From: Lophium mytilinum
Taxonomy: Eukaryota
Assembly: GCA_010093605.1 (NCBI GenBank)
Contig: MU004187.1
Span: 682,001 to 746,000, forward strand
DNA length: 64,000 nucleotides
Reading direction: 5' to 3'
Below are positions 47,730 through 60,037 of the stretch, one piece after another. Each line of letters starts with the position of its first letter. The first letter of the stretch is position 1. The translations under genes and the position numbers were made by a program. The notes beneath the pieces are model-generated. The model made no database searches. It saw only the letters and a list, made by a program, of their open reading frames with translations, and was not told the origin of the DNA.

Positions 47730-49916
47730 TCAATCGTCATCATCACTGTCCGTCCCACTGTCCCAGCCTTCTTCATACTCCTCCGCAATCATAGCCAGCC
47801 CGTTCGAAATCGCTTCCCTCTCTTCCACACTCACCAACCGTCTCACAAGCTGCTCTGTAGCCCTCACCTGCTCAGCAACAGAAGCACACGTCGTCAAGCC
47901 CGTGTACACTGCTACCTTTTTAGCCTGACCATCGCCTACGTTGATGATGGATGGGAAGCTATCGAGAAGCGGGAACAGCAGCGAGGAAGAGTATCTGTAG
48001 CCGAGTTAGATCGTGAGTGAATGCCCAATCAAGTAGTGACCAAGATGTTGTAGATGCAGGTACCACGTAAGAATGTAGCCTGTAACCTCTGTCGACCGAC
48101 GGCCTCGCGCTCTACAAGGCTGTAACCAAGAAACAAGATATAAGACATACCTCTGAACAATTGGACCACTGTGAAACCTATCGTGCATGTCTCGACCCTC
48201 GCTTCCTTCAGCGATACTCCAAGCCCCTCTGCTCGACTCCGCCCGCCCGAAGATATGATCTTTCTTCCGCCGTGCACCGCGCTGTCGGACACCAGGTAAC
48301 TCCTTCGTCGATAAATCAGCATCGAAGTCATTGAGACGGTCGTCCTTAAAATCGGCCTCATCCTGACGTGTCAGCACCGCGCCGACCTTGTCAGCCTGCG
48401 CTGCCTCCGTCACGACTTTATCCTCCAAGACATCCGGGTCCGCAACACTGAACTCCAACTTCGCAATCCGCCTCTTCCCAGAATTGTTAATTGTTTCCTC
48501 AAGTTCGTTCAAGGACCCTCTCTGCCCGTCTCCCGCCCTTAGCCTCGAGGGCAGCGTCACACTCTCGAACGCCAGAGCATGGACTGCAGACGTCTCCCAC
48601 ATCGAGCTCGCGTCAAGCGACAAGTACGACGGCGTTTTCAACGGTGTGTTCGCGACGGGAATGTACACTGAGGCCTGTTCTGAGATTTCGTAGAGAGAGC
48701 GAGCAGAGTTGGCTAGGCGGGTCAATCGCTTCTCGCGGGAGACGGGTTCATCGCCGCCTTGCTCGAGGCCCCAGACCCAGATGCCTAATTTGCCGAACTC
48801 GTCGCGGAGGCGCTCTGTCCAGCGGGCTGTCCAGCCACCCCAAGCGTCGGTGACGGAGGCGAGGAGTTGGAGGCCCTGGAGGGAGTCGCATTCTTCTATG
48901 AAAGGGCGGAGGTCGCTGATTTGATTTGATCAGCTTTAGTTGAAGTGTGAAGTGATGGCGGAGTCAAAATGAAGCAGTGCCTATCCTCTGCTTTCTCTTT
49001 CTGTTTGGAAGAAAATGGTAGTTGTACTCACCGATCAAGTAAATCCTCCTCTCTGTCCAACGTCCCGAATAGATCTGCGCCCACATCCCACTTTTCCCAG
49101 GCTCTGTGAGTTGCATCTCCGACATCGAATTCAGATAGTTGGACCAGGGACTTTGGATGATAGTAAACGCGCGCATAGTCAGACCAGTACCGCACCGAAG
49201 CAGCCGTGAGCGGAGGTGGTGTTAGACCAGCATCAAGATGGACCTGATATGGGGAGGGCGGAATGGGCGGCGCGTGACGGATGATTGGGGGAGAGGACCT
49301 ATGTTTATAAAATCAAACCCATGCTTTCTATGAGGAACATATGAGTGCGGATGCTATCGATAAAGACCAGTTGATGATTTTGGCAAATGAAATAGATAAA
49401 CATCGTAGCCGGAAGACAATGAGAATAATCTCGACTTACCAAACACCCCTCCCACCCGTAGATCCCTCATCCTCAACTTCATAAAGCGCATTCACTTTCC
49501 TCAAGCTCCCAAACGAGCCCTTGAGATCATAAACTAGAGCGCGCGGTGTGAACGTCTCGGACCCATCGGGTGCGATGCCAGGCCGAAAGTGGATATCATG
49601 ATTGACTGGCGACTCTTCCTCGGGTGGGTATGTGAAGTATGATTCCTTTCATCGCCTTTTGTTAGAACGGTTTCGGAGAGAAGATGAATTTTGGAATTGA
49701 AGTGAATTGTGGAGGTGGATATAGAGTTGACAACGTGGTAAAAAAGTTTTGAGAAGTGCGTAGGGTCTGGTGACGCCCTCAATGGAAGAGATTTGCAGCT
49801 TATGAAAGACCGGGTAATGATAGTCGTGCGAATGGGGGACATACCTGTGTATTCCAGAAATGCGTCCCTAGATAGTTGGCCTGTTGCCCGAATTGGAGCG
49901 TCACTATTTCATGCAT
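47730..49916 (-). CDS. DML1: Misato/Dml1 tubulin-like mitochondrial distribution protein, 5 exons
   Basis: Exons 49916-49845, 49645-49440, 49298-49032, 48915-48151, 47994-47730 give [89 protein letters not shown]. Confidence 0.93.
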
Positions 49917-50545
49917 GGTGGGGGATGAGGTGGGGGAGTCTCCCGCTGGAGAGTAACTCTCGGCAAGCAAGATGCGATTTCGTAGTACTTGGTTAACAGC
50001 TAAGAGTACTTCTAGAGTTCTTGTGTCTGCTAGCTGTGAAGAGAGGAACCTTGTCTGGTGATGGATGGTGTGTTGTTATTGGTGCACATGTAGCAAAGAT
50101 GGTAGATAGTTCCTCATGTTCACGTGGGTTCGCGATCACATCGCAAATTTGCTATGCACGAACCTGAGATATTTACGCGCAACGGACGCATCGCGTCGCT
50201 TTATTATGAGCCGACTCTCATTATTGGTCTAATGACTCATTGCTCCTCTCCTTTCTCTTTTCTTTTCGGTAAGATCAAAGCATACGCCCCAGGCCATTGG
50301 ATCCAATGGCTATGAGTCTCCTGCACAGCAAATGAAGCCTCCCATATAGCAAATTCGCCGTCGCCAATTTTCAATGTACAAGAGACTTTCATGACTTACC
50401 TTCACCTTTGATCAGACTGTCAGGCCTGGTTTTCGACCTCACCTCATGCCCATCTCCATGCTATGCCAGCAACCAGTGTCGCTATGCCAAGTGGTCGCAG
50501 GTTCAAAGGCAAACTTGCCAGATCCCCACCGCTGAAGCAACACTA

Positions 50546-51421
50546 TCACCACCCTCTGCCCCTACCTCTACCCCTCCCAAATCCCCCTCCCCCAGGCGGC
50601 CCCTGCGGTACTTCACCCCTCCTCCACTCACCAGACGGCACACCTCCCCTCCCTTCGAACCTCGGTCCTCCCCTTCCCCTAAATCCGCCATAATCTCCCC
50701 TACCCCCAAACCCATTCTCCCTCGGTCCCATACCACCTCTTCCCCCATACCCTCCTCCTGACGGCCCGCGAAACGGCACACTCAACGGCGGCGGCGCAGC
50801 GGCAACCTCTCCACCCGGCAGCGGCGGGAATACAGCACACGAGACATAGTCCCCAATCACGAACCTCACGCTCGCAAGACTCTTGTCCGCGTCTCCCTCT
50901 AGCCTGCTTAACACCTCTTTCACATCCTCTTTTGCGCCGTTCTCAGTCTCATTCCCGTTCTGCGCGTCTGCCGCGTCGAGGTCCTCGTAGGTTGCGTTTC
51001 CGGCGCCGACGATGATGCTTCCGAGTTCCTTAGCTAGGTAGCGCCCAGGGCCGGGGCGGTTCGCGTCTTTGGTGTCGGGGAAGACGAGGCGGAATGCGAG
51101 GCGCGTGCCTACGGCTGGTGAGGGGAGGAGGGAGGGTAGCGCGGTGAGTAGGAGGTGGGTGAGCTCCTTGAGGGTACAGGTGGGCCAGGTGTAGATTTGG
51201 AGGTGGGGTGGGCTTTGGTTGTTTGGGGAGAATTCCTCGAGGCTGTGATGGGTTTAGATGGGTTCGTATTGAATTAAGGATGGATTGAGCGCTCTGGGTA
51301 GCAATAGGGAAAGTGAATGAGGATCTGAGACATACCGGTGGAAAGTGCCGCTTCTATAGAATAGCTTGAGTAGGAAGGGTGTGGTAGTCTGGCGGTCGAC
51401 CTTGGGTGTTGGAGCTGCCAT
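50546..51421 (-). CDS. SAP18: Sin3-associated polypeptide SAP18 with RGG-rich C-terminus, 2 exons
   Basis: VDRQTTTPFLLKLFYRSGTFHR|LEEF..LQIYTWPTCTLKEL..RFVIGDYVSCAVFPP; intron 51335-51243. Confidence 0.9.
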
Positions 51422-52135
51422 TGTGCTGATTGATAGGTATTTCTATGCGGTCAGTTATAAGAAAGACATGCGCTGCATAGGAAGAGCAATCGCAGATGTA
51501 GTAGGTTGACGTGAATTTGAATGCGAAAGGAAGCTTGACGCTTTGCGACGCGCCAAAGATGTTGGAAGCTCTTCGGCTCCACCTTGTTCTCGGGAGCTGG
51601 TAAACTGGCCAGGCTTGGCATAGATAGTTCGAACTTATGCGCCGCACGTGACTGTAGCTCTATTATAACTAGGCCCACCACAGCTCAAAATGAGTGCTCG
51701 ATTATAAAGGTACAAACTTACACGCTTGATGTAACACATTCTTTCGAGGATAGCAATTGATTCTATCTATGATGCTGTCAGCTATCAAAGCAGTTGTGAA
51801 TCTTGCGCTAAAACAGTCACTTTAAAGCAACGAACTACTAGCACACCAGTGCTCCGTCCGGGAGAAATTGGATACTTATGTGGACTGTTTTGCCATTGTT
51901 GCCTTAATACATTTAGACAAGATTGAATCGGACAAATTGAGGAGCTACCTCCTACGCTTTTATCGTGCGGAGTTACAGGCGCGACCGTGGTTGTGCATGC
52001 CAAGCGGGCCCCAATTTACAAGCTCCCTTCCTCACCTCCGCAACCAAATCTCTAACCTGCATCACTGAACAGACAACAAACCTCACGCCATCACGAACCC
52101 CTCCTCTTCTCTTCGCCCTCTTACCACCCCCAAAT

Positions 52136-53294
52136 ATGGACTTCGCCGCCCTCCTCGCCTCCCAAATCGCCGCCTCATCCCCCAACCCCACTGCCTCCAC
52201 CGCCGCCTCCTCCACCCCCGCGCCGAAAAAGTACCTCAAGCGCTCCGAGATCGAAGCCCAGCGACAAGCCGCCTACCTCGCCGAAGAAGACGCCGCCGAA
52301 GCCGCGCGCCTCGCCAAACTCCGCCAGAAGCGCAAATTCGAAGACGAGGAGGTCGAGCGCGAAGCCGCGCGCAAAGAGAAGCGGCGGCGGCTCGCCGAAG
52401 AATCGCGGGCGCGGCGCGAAGCCGAAGAAGCAGAGGCGGAACGACAGCGGCGAAAGCGACTCGGGCTGCCAGATCTCCCCTCGAAGTCGAAAGATGGGGA
52501 GGGTCCGATGCTGTTGCTAGAGGGCGAGGGAGATATCGAGGATGCAGAGCTGGTGGAGCAGCTGCGGGAGCTGGGACAGCCGGCGAGGGTGTTTGGGGAG
52601 AGCCATCGGCAGCGGTTGAAGCGGTATTGGAGGGTTAGTGGGAAGGGGCCGGCGGCGGTGGTGATGACCGATGGGCCGATTCCGACGTCGCTGAAGCTGG
52701 TGTCGGAGGTGGAGATGAAGGTTGAGGCGAAGGTGCCGAAGGATGTGGAAGGGAAGAAGTTCCTGTTTAGGCAACTGGCGTCGTATTTCACGATGGTGCT
52801 GAAGGAGTGGGAGGTGGCGCTGGCGCATCGCCCGGAGAGCGTGCAGGTCAGCTACCAGGGAAAGCAGGCGTACAATGCTATGGTCCAAGCTAGGGAGAAC
52901 ATGCGGCCGCTGTTCAAGAAGCTGGAGAAGGGAGAGATTGAGGATGGCATTCTTGAGCCGGTAGTCGAGATCGTTGTTGCAGCACAGCAGCGAAGATATG
53001 TGGATGCAAACGATGGTTATTTGACCCTCAGCATCGGAAAAGCGTAAGTTCCCTTCCTTTGTACTCGCCACAAGAGTTAAGAGCTAATTGTTTGTTAGTG
53101 CATGGCCTATTGGAGTCACCATGGTTGGTATCCACGAGCGGTCCGCGCGAGAGAAGTTGCACGAGAGCGACAAAGGCGCCGCGCACATCATGAGCGACGA
53201 GGTTACACGGAAGTATCTGCAGAGCATCAAACGCTGTCTCAGCTTTGCACAGACGAGATGGCCGCCAGATGATCAACTGCAGTTGATGGGCTAA
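52136..53294 (+). CDS. PRP18: Pre-mRNA splicing factor Prp18, 2 exons
   Basis: MDFAALL.., PRP4-like LRELGQPARVFGE..RLKRY, ANDGYLTLSIGKA|AWPIGVTMVGIHERSAREK..AHIMSDEVTRKYLQSIKR; intron 53044-53098. Confidence 0.95.
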
Positions 53295-53785
53295 ATTTGC
53301 TGTGTTTCTGCACTTAAGTCCTCCAGCAAGGTGGGGCGATCTAGGGCAGTTCCACATCCGGATATTAAAACAGGGCATAGTCATGCTCAAAGATATGACA
53401 CAGCTGTCAATTCTTATTTAATGGGCGAAGCAGACGGATTTGCTCTTGAAGTGCCAGGAGTTTAAGGCGAATTGGGGCCACTTGCGAAAGGGGATGGTGC
53501 TCCAAGACTGCAAGATTTATAATCGAATCACTCCTGCATCACTCTCGCAACTTGTGTTAAGCGTTAGTGGTACTTAAAGTACCCGTTTTATTGGATTAGG
53601 ACAATCACCACAGCAAGCAACCTGCATTCAACAGTTCTTGATAATTTACAAAGGTTTCCTGGTAGTCATCATCCAAAGCCAGACGTGCTATCCAAGCTTC
53701 TTCCCTCATAGCCACCACGGCTCGCTGCCGTCACCATGGGTGTAAACAAAATTCCGCCAACCAAGCGAGCATTCAACTAGCCCAA

Positions 53786-56707
53786 CTACGCTTTCGCCTT
53801 CTCTTTGCCCTTGCCTTTCTTCTTCTCCTTTCCCTTCCCGTCTTGCTGCTCTGACACTTTCGGCTTCGGTGCCATTGCTTCGGGCCCCATGCCAACACCC
53901 GCTTTTCGAGCCCCTATGACTGCACTCAGACAACGACCGACTGCCTCCAGATCCCCTAGCAGCGTCACATGTCCGCGGTTACTGCTCACGACCCCACCTC
54001 TGACCACACTGTAACCATCCGGCACCATAGCTGCCCTCGCAAGGACCACCCCATCGCCACTAGCGAACGCCAGCTCGTCGTATGCATCCGCGCGCTTGAT
54101 CGTGTCCCGGCTTTCCACTTTGGCACCGTATACAGTCGGCGTGCTCTTACCGTAGATAACAGCAATGGGAGGATATCTATTAGTCTTCGCATACTCAGAT
54201 TCGAAATCGAGCTCTTGCTTGAACTTCTTGACCTCTGCGAGGACACGCGTTAGATACGCGATGGCCTTGTCTTTCGGAATAGTCGAGGTAGTTGACGGCG
54301 ACGATGACGCAGGGTTGTTGTAGTCATTCGAGCCCGAATTGTTCTTGTGGCCCATTTGAGGCGCAAACCCAGTGCGCTCTGCGCCGCCCTCTGCAGCATT
54401 CGCCGCGTGCTGGGATTTGCTTGCAGAAACTTCGCGGGCGTTTATCGTTGAGGAACTGCTCGGTGTGGTGCCGACGAATACGCCATTGGAGTTCATGACG
54501 CTGCCGCCGGCGCCGCTACTACCACTGTTACTGCCACGGGAGATAGAGCTCTTGCGGCTGATGATGGAGCTGGGAATAACGCTGGACATGGAGCTGAGAA
54601 GGCCGCTGATGCTTGAAGTGCTGGGTATTGAGTTTAGTGCTGGCAATGGGTATGCAATGCAGGGCGAAAGGCGGCAGTCGATCCAGGTGTTGATATCAAA
54701 AAAGTCTACGGGGTATTCCTCGCGGGTATTCCTATCGATGAAGCACCTGCCATCCAACGGAAGAAGAGCAAAACTCGTGCGAATAGTGAAGTTAACCTGG
54801 GCGGTAAGAACACGGGAGCTCAGTAGCACGTCGTCGCCGTTGCGCAAGGGACCGAGGATATTGACACATGTTTGCGGAACTCCCGCATAGACGACACCAG
54901 AGACTAGGTCGGGCTGTTTGTTGATTACATGCCTAGTGATTAGCCCTCCGAGACTGTGGGCAATGACAATTGCGCCTCGTTCTCCTGGTGGTGCGTCGGG
55001 TCTGTTGCATGGCAAATTTGACAAATAGGTAGCTAGTCTCCGGCTAAGAAGGTGCGGGCTCAATCTCCAGTCATAGCCGTAGTTGTGGACGCGAAGGGTT
55101 CCATTTTTGTAGTTTTCAGATGCCCTTAATCTCTTGAAGAGTCTTCGGGAAATATCAACTGGGCCAATGTTGGTGAGCATGCCGCCCTCGATGATACGCT
55201 CTTCCATCGACTCTTCGTCCTCCGGCTCCAGGCCCACTTCAAGATCTACCTTGCGCAAATTCAGGCCAACCTTGATGGGTGCCCATACTTGTTGTTTCGT
55301 GTCGGCTGAGCGTAATATCGACCCTCTGTAGCCACCGAGAATTACGACGTCGCCCGTGAGATCTTTCAAGGCGCCAGTGAAGTACGGATGCGAGGCGGCG
55401 TTGCTTGATGTCATACCCGCGTTCGTTGATGTCTGATTAGCTTTGGACAAGGATATCTTTCGAGGCACAGTGGCCGTGTCTTCGTTCCCGATGCGTTTGA
55501 CAGGCACCTTGGTGGGAATAGGATTGACTTGTCGCGCATAATCTAACCTAGAAGTACCAAAATTGAAGTTAGGCATTGTTGGCAAACTAGGGAGTTTGAA
55601 ATTTGCATCTTGCCAGCTATCTTTGATCGCCTTGATACGACTATTAACCTGCTCTTGAACGTGTTCAAAGCGGCTATCGTCGCCCAAGGAAGACGCTCGA
55701 GATAGTGACCGATGCATAAGGAGCGAGTTGTCGGATGCGGATCGTCTAAGTTTTGGGTGGTGAGTTGGCGTTTGAACTGCTCTAAGTCGATCCGGAGTGG
55801 GAAGAGGATGTGGACGGTCCGAGTGAATGTCTGCTAGCTCGCTGTGAACTACTGGCGGTGGCCTGTCACGTTGAGGTGGGCTGGTTGCGACTATAGAGTG
55901 GCGCTGCGAGGCAGCTTTTGGATCGTGGCGGGCTTGCGAGTGACTTGGGCCATCCAGCTGTACCAGTGAAGGAGAACCAGCACGAGATTGTCTTTTTGAT
56001 CTCTGCGCGTCTTCTACGGTGTGGTCACCTGCATGGCTACTGTCTGAAACCGAAGAGGTGGAGAAACCCGGTAAAGAGAAGTTCAGCAGGTTGGGGCTCT
56101 TGGGCATGGAGGGCAAATTGAAACTCGAAAGGTACTTCTTTAGCGTCTCCGAGGTCGAGCCCCCAGAGGACGCTCTCCGCCGGTGGCCGCTGAGGCTCTC
56201 GCGCAGAGTGTTCCTAGTTTCGTCAAGACGTTGGAACTTTCGAGGACCAGACTTCCAAGGTGACGGTAGCCTGGCAGGTGGTGACGCTGGCGATACCTCA
56301 ACTGCAGGAGGAGTCGTCGGTCGTTCGGGTGTTCGTTGGTCTGTCTCTCTTTTTTCTTCCAGTGCGGTATCCACCCTAAATTCCCTTTGTTCCTCATCTG
56401 GTGTTCCCTCGGGCGACTTCTCCCAGCTGCTATCGAACAGCCCCCCACCTTCGACATCTTCCAATGCGGCGGCCTTTTCAGCAGCCGGAGTCTTTGGAGA
56501 CGTGAGCCTTGTTTGCGCCTGTCCAATGCTAACCCCAATGACAGATTGCGCATCTTCAGGCTGGAAGCCCTGTGGATCCGAGGACTCGTCTTCAGAGGGC
56601 GTGAGATCCGGATCGATTATGGACGCAAATTGTATCTCGGCAAGGGCATTTGGACGGGCGCGACGGGGAGAGGGTGTGGAAGGTATTCCGGCCATGGAAT
56701 CCGCCAT
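53786..56707 (-). CDS. LCAT-like alpha/beta-hydrolase with long disordered N-terminus (yeast YJR098C-like)
   Basis: VVILGGYRGSILR, YGYDWRLSP, nucleophile AHSLGG, YAGVP, FASGDGVV, RGHVTLLGD; single 973-codon ORF. Confidence 0.85.
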   Translation of the reverse strand: MADSMAGIPSTPSPRRARPNALAEIQFASIIDPDLTPSEDESSDPQGFQPEDAQSVIGVSIGQAQTRLTSPKTPAAEKAAALEDVEGGGLFDSSWEKSPEGTPDEEQREFRVDTALEEKRETDQRTPERPTTPPAVEVSPASPPARLPSPWKSGPRKFQRLDETRNTLRESLSGHRRRASSGGSTSETLKKYLSSFNLPSMPKSPNLLNFSLPGFSTSSVSDSSHAGDHTVEDAQRSKRQSRAGSPSLVQLDGPSHSQARHDPKAASQRHSIVATSPPQRDRPPPVVHSELADIHSDRPHPLPTPDRLRAVQTPTHHPKLRRSASDNSLLMHRSLSRASSLGDDSRFEHVQEQVNSRIKAIKDSWQDANFKLPSLPTMPNFNFGTSRLDYARQVNPIPTKVPVKRIGNEDTATVPRKISLSKANQTSTNAGMTSSNAASHPYFTGALKDLTGDVVILGGYRGSILRSADTKQQVWAPIKVGLNLRKVDLEVGLEPEDEESMEERIIEGGMLTNIGPVDISRRLFKRLRASENYKNGTLRVHNYGYDWRLSPHLLSRRLATYLSNLPCNRPDAPPGERGAIVIAHSLGGLITRHVINKQPDLVSGVVYAGVPQTCVNILGPLRNGDDVLLSSRVLTAQVNFTIRTSFALLPLDGRCFIDRNTREEYPVDFFDINTWIDCRLSPCIAYPLPALNSIPSTSSISGLLSSMSSVIPSSIISRKSSISRGSNSGSSGAGGSVMNSNGVFVGTTPSSSSTINAREVSASKSQHAANAAEGGAERTGFAPQMGHKNNSGSNDYNNPASSSPSTTSTIPKDKAIAYLTRVLAEVKKFKQELDFESEYAKTNRYPPIAVIYGKSTPTVYGAKVESRDTIKRADAYDELAFASGDGVVLARAAMVPDGYSVVRGGVVSSNRGHVTLLGDLEAVGRCLSAVIGARKAGVGMGPEAMAPKPKVSEQQDGKGKEKKKGKGKEKAKA

Positions 56708-58508
56708 TGTGATAATTTCTAGAGGGTGGAGAGGACAGAGTATTGCGGCGCCTCAGGTTGTATTTTCAGGCTGTGGCAGTGTCAGACGACAGATCCGAGA
56801 GAGCCGTAAGCTGCGCTTCTCGCAGCCATGGCCATTCTGAAGATGGCGCTGAGTGTAGCTTCGGTGGCGGTCGAGTCTGCATCGTTGCGCCTGCCCACAG
56901 GATGCCCAGTGCGATTCTCTAGCAATGTCGTCAGATGGGAATGAACAGGGCATGATGAGACAACGGCCACTGACCAAGCACTGCAGGTGTGCGCCACACC
57001 CTCTCCCGCCCGGAGATCCCTTCGTCACTTGTCCCTGAGCGCGCTCTACACCCGTCAAGGGCATCACTTCGCAATTGTCACTGTCTGGATGAGACAGCTG
57101 CTCTGTTCCTGGGCGTATGTCTGCTCAAGCACCTACGCCATACGCCGGCGTCTTGGGGCTCTTGGTGCACGGCGCGTGCCATAGTGCATGCCATGGGTCA
57201 GCCCTACGGGTCCCCGCGCGAGTCTCGTGGTATGACTCTCCATTGAACCACGAGGACAACAATATCGACAATTCTAACCTTTGAATGAGAAACTGTGGCC
57301 CCAGAAGCAGTAAGAAAGAAGCTCTTGCCCCTTTTCCGCCGCGAACAGGATACTGAAGAAGGAGCGATGTTGCGTGAGATTGAATTCCGCAGACGGCATA
57401 TTCGCAGCTTATTAACACGAAGCTCCATTCAATTATTCCACAAACAGTATCGTTGTGCAAACACCGCCGATGCAGGTCCTCTCTAATGCCTGTTGACGTG
57501 CATCTTGTCCCGGCATTCTCTCCGTTATGATCTGACGAGGCTGAGAGAATCTAGGACAGGAGGAGCACTCAGCTTTTCTCCTATGCCCACTGCATTGCTA
57601 TGCCAACGCAGATTGAACTCAACTTTGCCATCTGATCATCCTAAAATATTGACTTCCGCTATGTCGATGATAAGAAGGAATTGTGTCCACACAGTAGGTT
57701 TTTTGTAAACCTGCGGGTGGTCTGCACATCTTCCCCCAAGGAAGTCAGAAATCATCTTTGCAGGCACCTTTCCACCTAATTGGACTCCTTATGGGATAAA
57801 GGTATCCCAATGCGATGCACTTGATATGATACCAGGTCACAGGTTCAGGTGAACGGGTATATTACTACTTATGCTCCACTCCTGCCCGCTGGGTACCCTT
57901 GTGAGAAGTAGCCCAGCCAGCATTTGGCGGATAGTCAAAGGCAGTCCAATTCCCACTGCATGAGGCTTTACTTCTTACCCGGAGTCGTAAAGGCCCATAT
58001 ATCAACCTCTTCTGATCACATCTAGTAAGCTTCCTCGTGACTGCGGGAAAAGTCGCGACATCTCCCGACCCCCTGCGTAGGAAGCGCCCGATGGCAGTCT
58101 CCACCATCACCGCCTTTCGGAATTTATCGTGAGACTCTCCCAACCGGCGACAACCGATGCATGCCCTCCCGAAATTGCCCTCAACACACCATGTGTGACA
58201 GCTCCTCTTCACCGCATCCAAGACCCAGAATTCTGGAGTCGCACCGCCTGTACACCCCGCATGGAGTAGCCACTGACAGACCGCATCGCCTGGCCTGACG
58301 GTGGTCTGAGGGATTGCTCCGCTTCTTGCAAGAAAATACCGCCTCAAGGTCGGCGGCAGCTCGGCTGACTGTGTATCCTTGCCGGATCCCGGGGCATGAG
58401 CATGTGTATAATATGCGGAGGCCCGGACGACAAGTACATGTCCTCATCGTAATATCATCGCCTTCGACCTCAGCTTCACATCCATCATCTACTATCATTG
58501 ATATCAAA

Positions 58509-59285
58509 ATGGCTTCTTCCGGCCTCTTTCTCCTTTCTCAGCCTCTCCCGCCTAACACATTGTCTCTTGGTCAACTGCTTCCGAATCCCCTTTCACCGTC
58601 ATCCGGTCCATTTTTCAGTGCCTCCACCTTAGGAGCACAGGACCTTAGAAAACCCCATATCCAGGCGCGGTACAAAGATTTGGTTGCTTTCGACGATGAA
58701 GGCCGCCTAGCTGCTAGTCTCTCGGGACGGAAGGTCGATCCCTCAAGAAAAGACCTCGTTCTCTTACTCGCGGATGAGATGGAATACCGCTCTCTTCAGC
58801 CCAACTCCGCCTTCGACAACATATGCCAGGACCCCGCTGCACTGAGCTGGATGCGTTCTATGGCTGCACAAAACCAGACCCTATACTTCGTTGTTGGCCT
58901 CCAAGAACTCAAGAATGCGACCTTCAAGAGCGCCGTGATTCAGGAAGGGCCCCTTGGTGTCTCAGTGACTGAAGGACCCACAGCTCCCAAGACAAGCCTC
59001 CCTCTTCACGTCCGCCGAGACTCATCCATGGATATCACCGATTCCTCTTCCACTGGCGTCTATGGGTTCGAAGTCCGGAAAGTCCAGTGTCGTCTCGGGC
59101 GGACCGATGAGCCTCATCTCCTAGAGGATCTCGATCTCTCCTGGAACTACCACAGGACTGGCGACGGAGATTTGCAGCTGTCGATTGGCATGAGCAAAGC
59201 GTTGCAAGCCGAGGAACTCCGGCTATTGGCTGCCGCAATGGAGGACGCGTCGGATGCTAGCTATAACTCTTCGGACTCGGAGTAG
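58509..59285 (+). CDS. Hypothetical 258-aa protein, candidate fungal gasdermin (RCD-1/HET-Q1-like)
   Basis: CAAAATGG start, intronless. Ordered motifs LSLGQLLPNP, FDNICQDP..W, LYFVVGL, GVYGFEVRKV. The ORF is solid; the family call is inference. Confidence 0.65.
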   Translation: MASSGLFLLSQPLPPNTLSLGQLLPNPLSPSSGPFFSASTLGAQDLRKPHIQARYKDLVAFDDEGRLAASLSGRKVDPSRKDLVLLLADEMEYRSLQPNSAFDNICQDPAALSWMRSMAAQNQTLYFVVGLQELKNATFKSAVIQEGPLGVSVTEGPTAPKTSLPLHVRRDSSMDITDSSSTGVYGFEVRKVQCRLGRTDEPHLLEDLDLSWNYHRTGDGDLQLSIGMSKALQAEELRLLAAAMEDASDASYNSSDSE

Positions 59286-59929
59286 GATTGGGCCATGGCA
59301 TGAAGGTGTTTTGGGTGGGAGCGGCTTTCGGCTTTCATTATGAATGGCGATGGGCGTTTGTGTCATAGCTTGATTCACTTTATCTTGTATATATATATCC
59401 ACATAGGCCTCCCTTGCAGAATGAAACAGTTGTACATTATCAATTTTTGACCTGGAGAAAGCTGTGACCACTAATATCCTAGCCGTGATATCGCATTGTG
59501 GATCGCAATACGCGCAACTCCAGGCCTGGTGCATTGTCCACCTCTTCCATTCGCACACTACTCGCTACTCTTCATGCCAAAACCAAGATTTATTGGAGGC
59601 GTCCCGCCGCACGCAAGCGAGGCTAGATATAAGCAGACTTCACCATTCATCAAAGGATGCGTTGCTCCTCAAATCAGGCACAGGAGACTGTTTAGCTCTC
59701 CCGACTTCTCAACACCCAGCGTCGACGAGATCCTGGAAAGGTTAGAACCCTTTGACTGTCATGATTACCCGTAGCCGCTTATAACGTTAGTTCCATTGAA
59801 GTGGGGAAGAAGATACAATGAAAAATGATAAAGTAAGGAGGTAAAGACTAAAGCGGTAGATGAGAACTCGGAAACATGCTGGTTTCTCTTTAGGAACGCG
59901 GGGAGAACCTTCGAGGTTACGCTAGCAAT

Positions 59930-60037
59930 AATAGGAGAAGTGTAAGTAATGGGAGAAGTGTAGGTAATGGGAGAATTGTAAGTAATGGGAGTATTGGGGG
60001 TATTGGGAGTATTGGGAGTATTAGGAGAGATGGGAGA
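59930..60037. repeat. Mixed 18-bp (ATGGGAGAAGTGTAAGTA) and 9-bp (GGAGTATTG) tandem repeats
   Basis: Read directly: three 18-mers, then about four 9-mers. The minus strand would read SPNTPNTPNTPNTPITYNSPITYTSPITYTSP. Confidence 0.75.

Noticed and set aside
49881..49890. CTGTTGCCCG, matching the MULE terminus, inside DML1 exon 1
   Set aside because: Only about 10 bp, encodes conserved FGQQA, and has no further TIR similarity or TSD.
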